Assembly: GCF_018389705.1 (NCBI RefSeq)
Contig: NZ_CP065581.1
Span: forward strand, 510,001-542,000
Length of the DNA: 32,000 bases
Reading direction: 5' to 3'
DNA from: Mycoplasma mycoides subsp. capri
Lineage (GTDB): Bacteria > Bacillota_I > Bacilli_A > Mycoplasmatales > Mycoplasmataceae
The notes beneath the pieces were generated by a model. It saw only the letters and a list, made by a program, of their open reading frames with translations, had not been told where the DNA came from and made no database searches. Position 1 is the stretch's first letter, and every line of letters begins with the position of its first letter. Of the stretch, positions 1 to 14,235 are shown piece after piece. Position numbers and translations under genes: made by a program.

Positions 1-1532
1 AATTTGTTTAGATCTAAATTATCATTTTTTATCATATAAGCTAGATCAATAATTCCATTATTAAAACTTTGACGATGAATGTTTATTAAATTAGTAGTAC
101 AAATAATTTTAGAATTAATAATATCATAAAAAACATTTCCATACCCAACACTTGCTAACTGATCAACATCACCAATCAAAACAATTTTTTTAGCATTATT
201 TATTGAAGATAAAAACTGAGAAAATAAGCGAGCATCGATCATTGAACACTCATCAAGTATTAATAAATCATAATCTAGTGGATGATATTTATTAACACTA
301 AATTTATTGTCTTTTTCATAACCTAAAAGTTTATGAATAGTTGTTGCATGACTTTCTGTAAAGTTTTCTCTAATTTTTGCAGCTGCTCTTCCAGTTGGTG
401 TACAAATTGCATAATTACTAGAATGATAAACTTTTTTAAACAATTCAACTATTGCTTTAATAATTGTTGTTTTACCAGTTCCAGGTCCTCCAGTTATAAT
501 ACTGATTTTATGTTTAATAAAGTTTTTTAAAGCTAAAACTTGATCTTGGTCATATTTAAAATCTTTAATTTGTGTATTTAGTTGAATTTGATTAATATAA
601 CTAGTTAATAAATCATCATCAATATCATTAGTCTTTAAATGATTATTAACTAAAACTTCACTAATTATTAATTCATCATTAAATGATTCATAAGTATAAA
701 TCTTTTCATTTTTTAAAACTAATAATTCATTTTTAATAGCATAATCTAAACCATTATTTAATAAATCTAAATCATTAATTTTTATTAAATCAGAAACTTT
801 TTTAAATAAGTAGTTTTTATAAGTATAACTATCTCCTAAATTAAATAAAATTTCATTACAAGCATATAAATGTCAATAACTAATTCTAGTTAAATTATTA
901 ATATCATTATTATTAAAATATAAAAATATCTTATCAATATCTTGCATTAAACCAAGTTCATGTTTAAAACTAAATTCAAACCAATTATTAGTTAGAATTT
1001 GTTTTATTTCATTTTCATCATCAGTAAACTTTTTTAGTTTATCTAGTATTTTTAAGTTCAAATTATGATTAATAAATTCAATTCTTAAAAAGTTTTGTTC
1101 ATTAATTTGTTTGATTTTATTATAAATTAATTCTAATTTATCTTTACTAATATCTTTGATTTGAAAAAACTGCTCTTTATTATTTAAAATTTCTTGTATA
1201 AAGTTTTTTGAATAAAGTTTAGCTATTTTACTAGCTGTTAAATTACCAATTCCTGGAAAAACATCAGATTTTAAAAAGTTAATAATTTGTTGTTCTGTAT
1301 TAATACTTGCTAAAGTAAAACTACTTACTTCAAAACTTGTTCCATATTTAATATGACTTGTTTGTTTTCCTACTAATTCATATAAAATTTTTGGTTTTAA
1401 ATCACTAATTTCACCTTTAATTTTTATAGTTTTATTAGGATTATTTTCACTTGTAAAAATAGCTAAAGCTCAAGAATCTGATTTGTATAAAAACTTAGAT
1501 AAATAACCTCTGATTTTTATTTGTTCTTCCAT
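1..1532 (-). CDS. recD2: RecD2-like ATP-dependent DNA helicase (5' part; C-terminus runs off the window)
   Basis: Minus-strand reading frame from ATG at 1532 (MEEQIKIRGYLSKFLYKSDSWALAIFTSENNPNKTIKIKGE...), with GIGNLTASKIAKLY helix-hairpin-helix-like segment. Near the window edge the frame has a Walker A-like PGTGKTTII region and DEXX-like DLLILDECSMI. TGA read as Trp. Confidence 0.85.
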
Positions 1533-1617
1533 AATATGTTCCAATCTTAAAATCTATTTTAATAATATCAAAACATTATTAAATTGAAATTTAATAAAAT
1601 AAAACTAATTAAATAAA

Positions 1618-1640
1618 AAAGTTCAAATAATTTGAACTTT
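1618..1640 (-). terminator. Intrinsic terminator hairpin at 3' end of parC
   Basis: Inverted repeat aaagttcaaat-a-atttgaacttt. The parC stop codon (1639-1641) overlaps it. A-tract on the plus strand gives a U-tract on the minus-strand transcript. Confidence 0.7.
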
Positions 1641-4335
1641 AATTATCATCTTGATTTTGATCATCATCACTAAAATAATCTTCAAAATCTAATTGTTTAG
1701 TTTTTTTATCTTTTTTATTTTGACTAACTTTAGATAGAAGTGAAGAAATATCATCTAAATAAGAACTTAAATCAGATCCGTGAACTTGGTTTGCGTTATT
1801 TATAGCTTTGTTTTTAGTATCTTTTGAAACAACAATACGCTCACTTACTAATTTATTAAACTTTGGTTTAGTTTCTATTTGATCATTTGTATCTTGATCA
1901 TTAAAATTATTTGCTAAAGCAGGTTGATCAAAAGCAATTGATCTTATTAATTGTTTAATAGAAATATATGAAATTTCATCAATATTTGTAGAAATACTGT
2001 TTTGTTCTAAATTAGTATGTTTTAAATCACTTACATTAATATCAGTGATTTGATCATTTGTATCTAAAATACTAATACTCATTTGATCATTAATTGCAAA
2101 ACCAAATATTACTTGTTCTTTGTTTTTCTTTTTTTCAACTAAAATTCTAATTCCTTTTTTTGGTCTAATATAGATCGGAATTAAATTTTGATCTAATCTT
2201 TTGTAATTATTTTTATTTGTAAAAATTAAAACATCTTTATTATTATCTAAGCTTAAAGCACTAATTATATAATCATCTTTTAAATTAGCTGCTTTAACTC
2301 CTTTTGAGATTGTTGATTGAACTGGAATATCTTCAATATTGTATCTAACAGCATATCCATTTTTTGTAATAATACAACAATATGAAGTTTTAGAACTTAT
2401 CAAATCAGCATAAACTAAACTATCATTATCACTAATTTTCATTATTTTAAATGATTTGTTAAAAATTTTAGTTTCTAAATCACTAATTTGAGTTCTTTTA
2501 ATTAATCCATTTTTGCTAACTAATAATAAGTGTTGAGTAGAGTTTGTGAATTCTTTAATTATAAAAGCATTAATAATAGTTTCATTTGGTTGAGTAGTTG
2601 CAACACTGTTTATATGAACACCTTGATCTTTTCATTTACTATTTGCTATTTTATATAAAGGAATTGAATAATAATTTGCTTGATCTGAAACTAAAATCAA
2701 GTGATCTAAATTTGAACAAGCTCCTTGACTAATTCACATATCATTTGGTTTTTTACCAAAAGAACTTAATTCATTTTTATTTAAAATATTATTATCAATA
2801 ACTTTAATATAACCATCTTTTGAAATTCATAAATTAATTTCTTTTTCAATGATTACTTCTTTTTGATCAACATCTAAATCTTCAACTAAATCTTCAACTT
2901 GAGATTTTCTTTTTATACCAAATTGCTTTTTAACTTCTTCTAATCTTGAAATGATCTCATTATCTAAAACTAAATTATTATTTAAAATTTCTTGATATTT
3001 TTTAATTTTATCAATTAGTTCAGTTTTTTCTAATAATAATTTATTAACATCAGTTGAAGTTAATCGATATAATCTCATATCAACAATAGCTGTTGATTGA
3101 TTTGTTGTAAAATTAAAAGTTTTAACTAAGTTATTAATTGCATCAATTCTATTTTCTGATTTTCTAATTACTTTAATAACTTCATCTAAAATTGATAAAG
3201 CTTTAATTAAACCATTAACAATTTCTAATCTTAGATTTGCTTTGTTTAAATTAAATTCAGTTCTTTTAATAAATACTTCTTTATAATGAGAAATATAAGC
3301 TTTAATAATATCAATTAAACCTAGTTGTTTTGGTTGTTTATCAACAATAATAATATTGTTATAGTTATATGAAACACTTAATCAAGTTGATTTAAATAAA
3401 AACTTTCTAACAGTTTCTAAGTTAGCTTTTTCATTTAATTCAATAACTATTCTTAAACCTTTTCTATCAGTTTCATCTCTAATTTCTTTAATTCCTAAAT
3501 TAGGATTATTATCAATAACATCACCAATTTTTTTAACAAGATCTTGTTTAACTACTTCGTATGGAATTTCATCAATTACAATATTATTTTTTTCTTGATG
3601 TCATTTACTACTAATAATTACTTTTCCTTTACCTGTTAAAAAAGCTTCTCTTATTCCTTGTTTATTTTGAATAATAGCTCCAGTTGGAAAATCAGGTCCT
3701 TTAACTATTTTTAAAATTTGATCAATAGTAATATTTGGATTTTTAATTATATTAATAGTTGCATCAATAATTTCACTTAAATTGTGTGGAGGCATATTTG
3801 TTGCATAACCTGCAGCAATTCCAGTAGCTCCATTAACTAAAATATTTGGAAAATAACTAGGTAAAACTGTTGGTTCAGTTTCACTATCATCAAAGTTTGG
3901 TGAAAATATAACTGTGTTTTTTTCTAAATCTTCTAATAAAAGATTTGAAATTTTAGTAAGTCTTGCTTCAGTATAACGCATAGCAGCAGCGCTATCTCCA
4001 TCAATTGATCCGTTATTTCCTTGCATATCAACTAGTGGAATATTAACTTTTCATCACTGAGACATTCTTACCATTGCATCATATATAGAACTATCTCCAT
4101 GTGGGTGATACTTACCAATAACTTCTCCAACAACTCTTGCTGATTTTTTATAAGGTTTATCAAATGTTAAATTCAATTGGTTCATTGCATATAAAATACG
4201 GCGTTGAACTGGTTTTAATCCATCTCTAACATCAGGTAAAGCTCTTTCTTGAATAATATATTTTGCATATCTACTAAATCTATTACCTAGTAATTCTTCT
4301 AATGGATATAAAATAATTTCTGATTTATCTGACAT
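1639..4335 (-). CDS. parC: DNA topoisomerase IV subunit A
   Basis: ORF pieces 1639-2442, 2827-3078, 3601-4026 and 4054-4335 share one frame, joined across TGA(Trp). 899 codons. [51 protein letters not shown] is typical ParC. Adjacent to parE. Confidence 0.95.
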
Positions 4336-4336
4336 T

Positions 4337-6334
<1,998 letters not shown>

Positions 6335-6413
6335 TTAAAAAATTATCATATCAATTTTACAAATAAAATAATATTTTTAAAACTAGATTTTTATATAAGA
6401 TTTTAAATAAAAG

Positions 6414-6442
6414 AAAATCCAAGCTGATTTTGCTTGGATTTT
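6414..6442 (-). terminator. Intrinsic terminator 3' of gapN
   Basis: Inverted repeat aaaatccaagc ... gcttggatttt directly downstream of the gapN stop (6455), flanked by T/A tracts. Confidence 0.75.
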
Positions 6443-6454
6443 TTAATTATTATA

Positions 6455-7870
6455 TTAATTATTAATTACTATTCCTTTATATCTAGTTGAAAATAATAAA
6501 GTATCAACAATTCCTTGTACTCCAAATCCAGAATCTTTAACTCCTAAAAATGGAAAGACATCCGGTCCACGTTGAGATTTTCCATTAATATTTACTGTTC
6601 CAACTTCTAATTTTTGAGCAACAGTTAAAGCTTGATCTAGATTTTTAGTATAAACACTAGCTTGTAATCCAAAATTAGATTTATTTGCTAATTCAATCAT
6701 TTGATCAACACTATTTGTTCTTATAATTGGTAGAACTGGTCCAAATGGTTCTTCTCAAGCTAATCTCATATCACTTGTAACATGATCAACTAAAGTTGGA
6801 TAAATTAGATTTTTTTCTCGTTTATCACCAATTATTATTTTTGCACCTTTATTTTTAGCATCATCAATTAAACCATATACAAAATCAGCAGTTTTTTGAT
6901 CAATTAAAGGAGTAATATCACAATTATCTTTTGGTAAACCAACAGTTAGTTTATTAATTTTTTCTTTTAAAAGTGGAACTAGTTGATCTGCTATTTTATC
7001 AGTTGTAATTACTCTTTTAATAGCTGTACATCTTTGACCTGAATAACTAAAAGCACCACTAATAATTTCTTTTGCATATTTTTCTAAATCCAAATCATCT
7101 AAAACAATAGCAGGATCTTTTCCACCTAATTCTAAAACTACATCTTTTGTTGATGAGATTTCTAAAAGACGTTTTCCAACTTCAACACTTCCAGTAAATG
7201 AAATAAAATCAGCTAATTTATTTGTAATAATATCATCACCAATTTCTCTTCCTCTACCAGTAACAACATTAAAAATTCCTTTTGGTAAATTTGCTTTGAA
7301 TGCTAATTCACCTAGTTTTGCACCAATTAAACTTCCTTGAGTAGCTGGTTTAAAAACAATGGTATTTCCAGTTACTAAACAAGGAAAGATTTTTGAAACA
7401 GCTAAATTAATTGGATAGTTAAATGGACTAATTGCAACTCCTACTCCTTTTGCAACTCTCATAAAAGTTCCAATTTTATTTTTAGCTCCATATTTAGTTC
7501 CATCAATAATTAAAGTTTTTAAATTTCTAACTTCATAAAAAGTTTGATCAATATATTCAACACTTCTAATCACTTCAGTTAAACAATCTTTGTAAGGTTT
7601 AGCTGTTTCACTCATAATAATTTGAGCTAATTCTTCTTTGTTTTGATCAATTAATTGTTTTCATTTATCTAAAATAGAAATTCTTTTTTCTAAATCAGTG
7701 TTTTCTCAAGCTTTTTGACTAGATTTTGCTGCTATAAATGCATCATTAATATCTTGTTTAGTTAAACTAACAACTTGTCCAGCAACACTAAAATCAACAG
7801 GATTAATAATTTCTAAAATTCTATTATTATCAAATAGTTTACCATCTAAAAGTGCTTTGAATTTGTACAT
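6455..7870 (-). CDS. gapN: NADP-dependent (non-phosphorylating) glyceraldehyde-3-phosphate dehydrogenase, aldehyde dehydrogenase family
   Basis: Joined frame of 472 codons. Contains ELGGKDPAIV and the FSYSGQRCTAIKR catalytic Cys motif; start MYKFKALLDGKLFDNN; RBS aaggag. Confidence 0.9.
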
Positions 7871-7994
7871 ATTTTTTCTCCTTTGCTTATATTCTATTAT
7901 ATAAAAATAATAATTTTTAACTTGATTTTAATAAGCAATATTTTTTTAACTTTTAAAAAGAATTTTATTTAAATATAAAAAATAGAATAATAAA

Positions 7995-8018
7995 AAAGTT
8001 CGATAATTATCGAACTTT
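7995..8018 (-). terminator. Terminator hairpin 3' of the TrmH-family gene
   Basis: Perfect palindrome aaagttcgataa/ttatcgaacttt with adjoining A/T tract, 18 nt downstream of the stop codon at 8036. Confidence 0.7.
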
Positions 8019-8035
8019 ATCTAATTATTAATAAA

Positions 8036-8803
8036 CTATTTAGCATTATTAATTTGATACATAATAATAGATCCAGCAACAGCTGCATTAATACTATCAA
8101 CATCTTCAGCCATTTCAATATTAATATTTAAATCTATTAAATCTAGTAATTCTGGTGAAATTCCTTTACCTTCATTTCCAATAATTAATGCATATTTATC
8201 ATCTGAATCAAATTTCACTTTACTTAAAGGTTTACTATCATCATGAAGTGAAGTTCCAATAATAATGTAGTTATTATCATGTAATTGATTAATTACTGTA
8301 ACTAAATATTCATTAACTAAATTAACTTGAAATAAATTACCTTGAGTTGATCTTAAAACTTTTTGGTTATGAAAATTCACACTATTTGGTGAAGCAATCA
8401 CTGTTTTAAAATTAAAGCTAGCAGCACTTCTAATTAGTGTTCCTAAATTGCCTGGATCTTGAATTTGATCTAATAATAAAATATTGTTTTCAAAATCAAT
8501 TTTAGTGTTTTCAGGCATACTACAAATTGCAAAAATTTGCTGACTTGTTACTGTATCACTAATTTTTTTAGCAACATTTTCTGAAATCTCAATTACTTGT
8601 TCTATGTTTGGGATTTCATCTTTTAAAACTTCTAAAGCTTTACTAGTACCTAGTAATGTTTTTATAATTTGATCATTATAAGCTTCCATAATCATATGAA
8701 AACCTTCAACTATAAAAAGTTTTTGTTTGTTTCTATGCTTTCTATCTTTTAATTTTAATATCTCTTTTATTTTTGGATTAGAGACCGAGCTAATGACTTC
8801 CAT
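8036..8803 (-). CDS. TrmH/SpoU-family RNA 2'-O-methyltransferase
   Basis: 255 aa. N-terminal substrate-binding MEVISSVSNPKIKEILKLKDRKHRNKQKLFIVEG, then DQIQDPGNLGTLIRSAASF and ALIIGNEGKGIS, and C-terminal SINAAVAGSIIMYQ: SPOUT motifs 1-3. Confidence 0.92.
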   Translation of the reverse strand: MEVISSVSNPKIKEILKLKDRKHRNKQKLFIVEGFHMIMEAYNDQIIKTLLGTSKALEVLKDEIPNIEQVIEISENVAKKISDTVTSQQIFAICSMPENTKIDFENNILLLDQIQDPGNLGTLIRSAASFNFKTVIASPNSVNFHNQKVLRSTQGNLFQVNLVNEYLVTVINQLHDNNYIIIGTSLHDDSKPLSKVKFDSDDKYALIIGNEGKGISPELLDLIDLNINIEMAEDVDSINAAVAGSIIMYQINNAK

Positions 8804-8819
8804 AAATTCTTCCTATTTA

Positions 8820-9323
8820 TTAATAATTGTTATTTTGTCTTTGAAAATTAATTTCATTTTTAATATTATATGCATTAATAATTTGTTCTTGAGTATAGTT
8901 TTTAATTTCACAAATATTTAAAAATGCATTTAATAAGTTAGAGTAGTTTGTATTATTATTTTCTTTAATAAAACTATTTAAACAACTAATAATTTCAAAA
9001 TAAATCTCAATAATAGATTCTTTATTTAAAAAATTATAGTTAAATTCTAAAAAATTATAATTGATTTGATTTCCAACACTAATAATAAAATGAATCCCAT
9101 CAATATATTCATCTAATTGAATTTCTAAATCAGATGGTTTTTTATTAGATCAATATTTAAAACTTCTTTCTTCATTAGCATACTCACCAAGTTCAACTAA
9201 AAAAGCTGTTAGTTTTTTATCTAATAAAGTTTTATCATTTTTAAAGTTTCATTTATTTTGAATAAATTGATCTAATATTGTTTGTTTTTCACTTAATCAT
9301 TTTAATGTTTTATTATCTATCAT
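8820..9323 (-). CDS. Dimeric all-alpha dUTPase-like protein (dUTPase_2 / NTP pyrophosphatase type)
   Basis: 168-codon frame with TGA(Trp), absent from the ORF track. ...LDKKLTAFLVELGEYANEERSFKYWSNKKPSDLEIQLDEYIDGIHFIISVG... matches the EXXE...EXXD metal-binding arrangement (ELGE, EYID). Confidence 0.75.
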
Positions 9324-9344
9324 TTTAACCTACTCTTTTCTTTT

Positions 9345-9809
9345 TTATTTTGAAGTGATGTTATCTTTATTATTCATTTTATCTTTAATAATAATGTAAG
9401 GATCATCTTCATCTTTTTTATTTGATACTAATAAAAATATTCCACCAATAATACCAAATAATAAACCAAAAACAATTCCCATAATTCCGCAAATTACTTT
9501 GTATTTATATGTTTGATATTTTAATGATTTAATAGCAAATAATAAGGTAATTAGTGCAGGTAGTGAAGCTATAATAATTATAATATTAATTCCAGTTAAA
9601 GTTGCAGCAATACCAGCTCTAGATACATGATCATCATAATTTGGATAATAATTACTAGTGGAACTTATAGCAATACCACCAACAATTAAACCAAAAAAAC
9701 TAATTACTGCTCATAGTAATGTAAAACTACATCCAATAATAATTAAAATTAATCCTGCTTTATATAAATCATCTAATCTTTTATTTTGCTTTGTTATTGT
9801 TGAATTCAT
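9345..9809 (-). CDS. Small membrane protein, about 3 transmembrane segments, unknown function
   Basis: 155-codon frame, MNSTITKQNKRLDDLYKAGLILIIIGCSFTLLWAVISFFGLIVGGIAIS... and GIIGIVFGLLFGIIGGIFLLVSNKKDEDD. Hydrophobic segments visible; good RBS (aggaggtg). Confidence 0.75.
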
Positions 9810-9820
9810 TAAATCACCTC

Positions 9821-11104
9821 CTATTTAATTCCGGGTTTTTCTAATAGTTTAAACATATTGTATTTATAAACTTCAACTCCAGGTTGGTTAAAAGGATTAA
9901 CATCTAATAAATAAGCACTCATAGCTAAAGCTAATTCAAAAAAGTAAACTAAATAACCAAATTGTTCATCATCCATTTTTTCAAATTCTAAAACAATGTT
10001 TGGCATATTTCCAGTAATTGAATGTGCTTGAATTACTCCTTTTAAAGCAGTTTGATTAATTTGGTGAAATGATTTATTTGTTAAATAATTCAATCCATCA
10101 TAATTATCATTATCAATTGGCACATTTAAATCATAATTTGGTTTTGTAATTTTAATAATTGTTTCAAACATCACATTTCTAGGTCCTTCTTGAACTCATT
10201 GACCTAAAGAATGTAGATCTGTTGAAAAAATCATACTACTTGGTAGTAATCCTTTATTATCTTTTCCTTCAGATTCACCAAATAATTGTTTTCATCATTC
10301 AGTTAACATTTGTAATTGTAATTCATAACTAATCAAAGCTTCAGTTTTATATCCTTGATTGTATAAATAATTTCTAATTACAGCATATTTATAAGCTTGA
10401 TTTGATAAATCATCATTAATTAATTCATTTTTTGCTTTTAAAGCACCATTAAAAATATTATCAGTATTAATTCCACTAACTAATAAAGGAAATATCCCAA
10501 CTGGAGTTAGAACTGAAAATCTACCACCAATATCGTTTGGAATTACAAAAGTTTGATATCCTTTTTTATCAGCTAATTGTTTTAAAGCACCTTTATTTTT
10601 ATCAGTAATAGCAACAATTAAATCTTTTGCTTTATTTAGTCCAACTTTATCTACTAATAGTTTTTCAAAAACTCTAAAACTAATTCCAGGTTCAGTAGTT
10701 GTTCCTGATTTTGAAATTACACAAATTCCAAAGTTTTTATTTTTTAAATATTCAACTAATTGGTAAATATAAGTTGAAGACATTGTGTTTCCAACATATA
10801 TTAATTCTACTTTATCTTGATGATATAATCCACGGATCATTTCATCAGCTGCTCTACAACCTAAATATGAACCACCAATTCCAATTACAACTAAAGCTTC
10901 AATTTCACTTCTTAATTTATTTGCAACTTGTTTCATTTGCTCATATTCAGTTTTATTATAATCATTTGGTCAGTTTAATCACCCTAAATAATCATTACCT
11001 TTACCAGTTTTATTAATGATCATTTGATGAATTTGTTTAACTTTATTAAGATCTACAACTTTATTAATATCAATATTTGTATGATCTAAATTTACTTTAA
11101 TCAT
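9821..11104 (-). CDS. pgi: Glucose-6-phosphate isomerase
   Basis: 428-codon joined frame. [29 protein letters not shown]-like [21 protein letters not shown], and [15 protein letters not shown]. Confidence 0.95.
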
Positions 11105-11323
11105 ATTACTCCTTTTACTTTAATATTTTACTAATAAATTTGTTTTTCAGTAATAATACATTCTAATTTCATCAAATCATATTAGTAAAATAAGTACTTA
11201 AATAAGGTTTTAAATAATAAAAGCACTAATAATTTAAAGAAATTTAGCTATTTAACATATGTTATAAAGTATAGTTTTTAAAGTAATAAGTTAATAAATT
11301 TGCTAATAAAATTTAATTATTTA

Positions 11324-13219
11324 TTATCAAATTTTTACTCTTTTTTGTGGTTCTATATACATTTTATCTTCTGGATTAATATTAAAAGCATCAATAAATT
11401 CTTCTAAATTAGCAGCTTGGATGTTTGCTCTTAGTTCAGTTGGAGCATGAGGATCTGTTTCTAATAATCTTAAAGCAGTTTGTTGTTTATATTTAGATTT
11501 TCAAATTTTTGCTCAATTTATAAAAAATTCTTGAGCATTATAATCTTTTTCTAATTGAGCTGCTTGTAATGCACAACTAATTCCACCAGCATCAGCAATA
11601 TTTTCACTAACTGTTAAAGCTCCATTACATTTTCCAAATTCAATTTCTTTATTATCAAATAAATCAATCATCTTTTGAGTTTTTTGTTTAAATTTGTCAA
11701 AATCTTCATCTGTTCATCACATTTTTAAATTCCCATTTTCATCAAAATTAGCTCCATTATTGTCAAAAGCATGAGAAATTTCATGAGCAATAACAGCTCC
11801 AATTCCCCCATAATTTTGTGAAGTTGAATGATTTATTGAATAAAATGAACCTTGTAAAATTCCAGCTGGAAAAACAATGTGATTATACATTGGATGATAA
11901 TAAGCATTTACTTGATATGCAGCCATACTTCAATAATTTTTATTAATTGGTTTTTTATATTCACTAAAAAGATATTGATTAATCACTTGATTAAAACTAA
12001 AAACTGTATCAATTAAATTAGTTGAATTTGTAATTAGATTTGTATAAAAAGGTTCAATTTCACTTGGATATCCAATATGTACACCTAACTTATCTAATTT
12101 TAATAACGCTTTATTAATAGTTTGGCTTGTTAATCAAGTGTTATTTTCAAGTCTTTGTTTATAAATATTAATCATATGACTAACCATATTTTCAACATCT
12201 TTTTTAGCTTTAGATCCTAAATATTTTTGACCATAATATAAACCAATTGGAGTTGAAAAATAATCTAAAGCTAAGTTTAAAGCGTGTTTTTCTTTATTTT
12301 TTACTTTAGTTTGACCACTAATAAATAAAGAATATTTACTTGCTATTGTTCTTGTTTTTTCATCTAAATATTTAGAAAAACGTACAACTAACATTACAAC
12401 TAGTCAAGATTTAATTAATTCTAAGTTTTTATTATTATAAATTTGATCTAAATTAGTTGCAAAATGATCATCTGTAAATATGATTTGATCAACATCTTTA
12501 TTAATTAAAGTTTTAATAATATTATTTAAATCTAAATATTTAGTATTTTTAATTACATCTTCATATTTATAAGGTTTATATAACTCATTATATCTAACTT
12601 TTTCTAGTGAACTTAAAGAATAATTAGCTATAATTTCATCAAATTCTAAAGTATTTTTAATAATTAAATTTATCTTTTTTAAATCATTAAAATAAGCTGA
12701 TAATAACTTTTTAGTCATTGATTTAAATTCTTTATAAAACTTGTTTTTTACTTCTTTATTTTGATAATGACTTTTATCTGGTAATATGTGAGAAGCAATT
12801 GTTAAATAAAGAGTTTTAATACTTGAATCAATATAATCATTAGAAATATCAAAATTAATTGGTAAAGAATAATTTCTATAAACAAATGTAGTATACATTT
12901 GATTTAATTGATCTAAATCTTTAATTTCTAATATTTCATCAACATATTTTTTTAATGGTTCTATATGATTTTTATTTCTTAATTCAAAATTACTAGTTAA
13001 ACTATAAAATTTAGCAAAGTTAATTAAATTAGGGTCATCTAATAAATTATTAGCTTGTTTTTTTAATAAATCTTTTGCTATTTTTTTAATAATTAGTTCA
13101 TTTTTAATATCAAGTTCAACAAATTCTCCAATTGAAGAACGATCATTTGGAATTTCAGTTTTTTCTAATCAATCTTGATTTACTGCTTTAAAAAGGTTAT
13201 CTTTTATTTGATATTTCAT
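11324..13219 (-). CDS. pepO: M13-family (neprilysin/PepO-like) zinc metallopeptidase
   Basis: 632-codon joined frame. [19 protein letters not shown] and zinc motif [18 protein letters not shown] (HExxH). C-terminus ...KRVKIW resembles the conserved M13 terminal Trp, here TGA-encoded. TAA at 11324-11326. Confidence 0.88.
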
Positions 13220-13239
13220 ATTTTCTCCTATTAAAACTA

Positions 13240-13803
13240 TTAATTTAATTTATAAATATTTTGATTTTCTGTAATAATGTAATCTAATCTAATATCATTA
13301 GATTCAATTATAATTTGATCAACTTTTTGTTTATCAAAACATAAACCAACTTTTAAATAACTAAATGAATTTAAACTAAAGAATTTATCATAAAATCCTT
13401 TACCCATACCAATTCTATTTAACTTGTTATCAAATCCAACAACTGGAGTAAAAACACAATCAATTTCTTTTAAATTAGCTAATATATTACTAGTTGGTTC
13501 TTGAATATTAAACTTATTAAAATTAGTTAAATAACTATTATCTAATAACACCATATCCATATTATTATCAGTTGTAATTTTTGGTACAAATACTAAAATA
13601 TGATGATTTAAACACCAATTAATAATATTTCTAGTTTCAATTTCATATTTAGTTGATAAAAAGATACAAATTTGTTTAAATTGATGTTGTTTAATAAAAT
13701 CAATTACTTTATTTGTAATTATTAAATTACTAGTATTTTTATACTCTAAGTCAAAGTTTTTTCTTTTTTCTAGTAATTGTTTTCTTAATAAAGTTTTATT
13801 CAT
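13240..13803 (-). CDS. 5-formyltetrahydrofolate cyclo-ligase
   Basis: 187 aa. Start LLRKQLLEKRK; C-terminal VGFDNKLNRIGMGKGFYDKFF signature. Confidence 0.9.
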   Translation of the reverse strand: MNKTLLRKQLLEKRKNFDLEYKNTSNLIITNKVIDFIKQHQFKQICIFLSTKYEIETRNIINWCLNHHILVFVPKITTDNNMDMVLLDNSYLTNFNKFNIQEPTSNILANLKEIDCVFTPVVGFDNKLNRIGMGKGFYDKFFSLNSFSYLKVGLCFDKQKVDQIIIESNDIRLDYIITENQNIYKLN

Positions 13804-14233
13804 ATGAATTTAAGATTTCTAATAAATCATTTAAAGCTAAACTAGCACATAAAATTCTATTTTTTTGTTTATGTATGTTTTTCATTACAACTAATTCATT
13901 TAATTGATCAATATTTATTAATGATCCAGTTAATAAAAAGTCTTGATAGTTTTTTATAAGTTCTATTGCTTTTTTAATATCTAAATTTAATAAATTATTA
14001 ATTAATAAATCAATTGAACTTGTAGCTATTGCACAAGCTGAGCCATCAAATTTCATTGATTTAATAATTTTATTTTCTATTAAGATTTCAATAATTAATT
14101 GATCAGCACAAGTTTGAGATTTTAATTCTTTTATAATTGCATTTTTATTATTTGTTAAAGTTTTATTTTCTGGATTTAAAAAGTGTTTGATTATTATTTC
14201 TCTTAATAAAGAATCGTTATTTATATCTATCAT
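13796..14233 (-). CDS. sufU: SufU/IscU-like iron-sulfur scaffold / sulfur acceptor
   Basis: 145 aa, NPLC-like region: IEILIENKIIKSMKFDGSACAIATSSIDLL. Adjacent to sufS. Confidence 0.85.
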   Translation of the reverse strand: MIDINNDSLLREIIIKHFLNPENKTLTNNKNAIIKELKSQTCADQLIIEILIENKIIKSMKFDGSACAIATSSIDLLINNLLNLDIKKAIELIKNYQDFLLTGSLINIDQLNELVVMKNIHKQKNRILCASLALNDLLEILNSYE

Positions 14234-14235
14234 AT

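Noticed and set aside
333-530. Plus-strand 65-aa Cys/Ser/Phe-rich ORF
   Set aside because: Antisense to recD2-like coding sequence around its Walker A region; composition artefact.
10699-11016. Plus-strand 105-aa ORF antisense to pgi
   Set aside because: Overlaps a firmly assigned gene, biased composition, no RBS or recognisable motif.
11105-11323. AT-rich gap between pepO and pgi considered for tRNA or ncRNA
   Set aside because: No cloverleaf, GTTCxAxxC or strong GC-containing stem was visible; likely just promoter and spacer.
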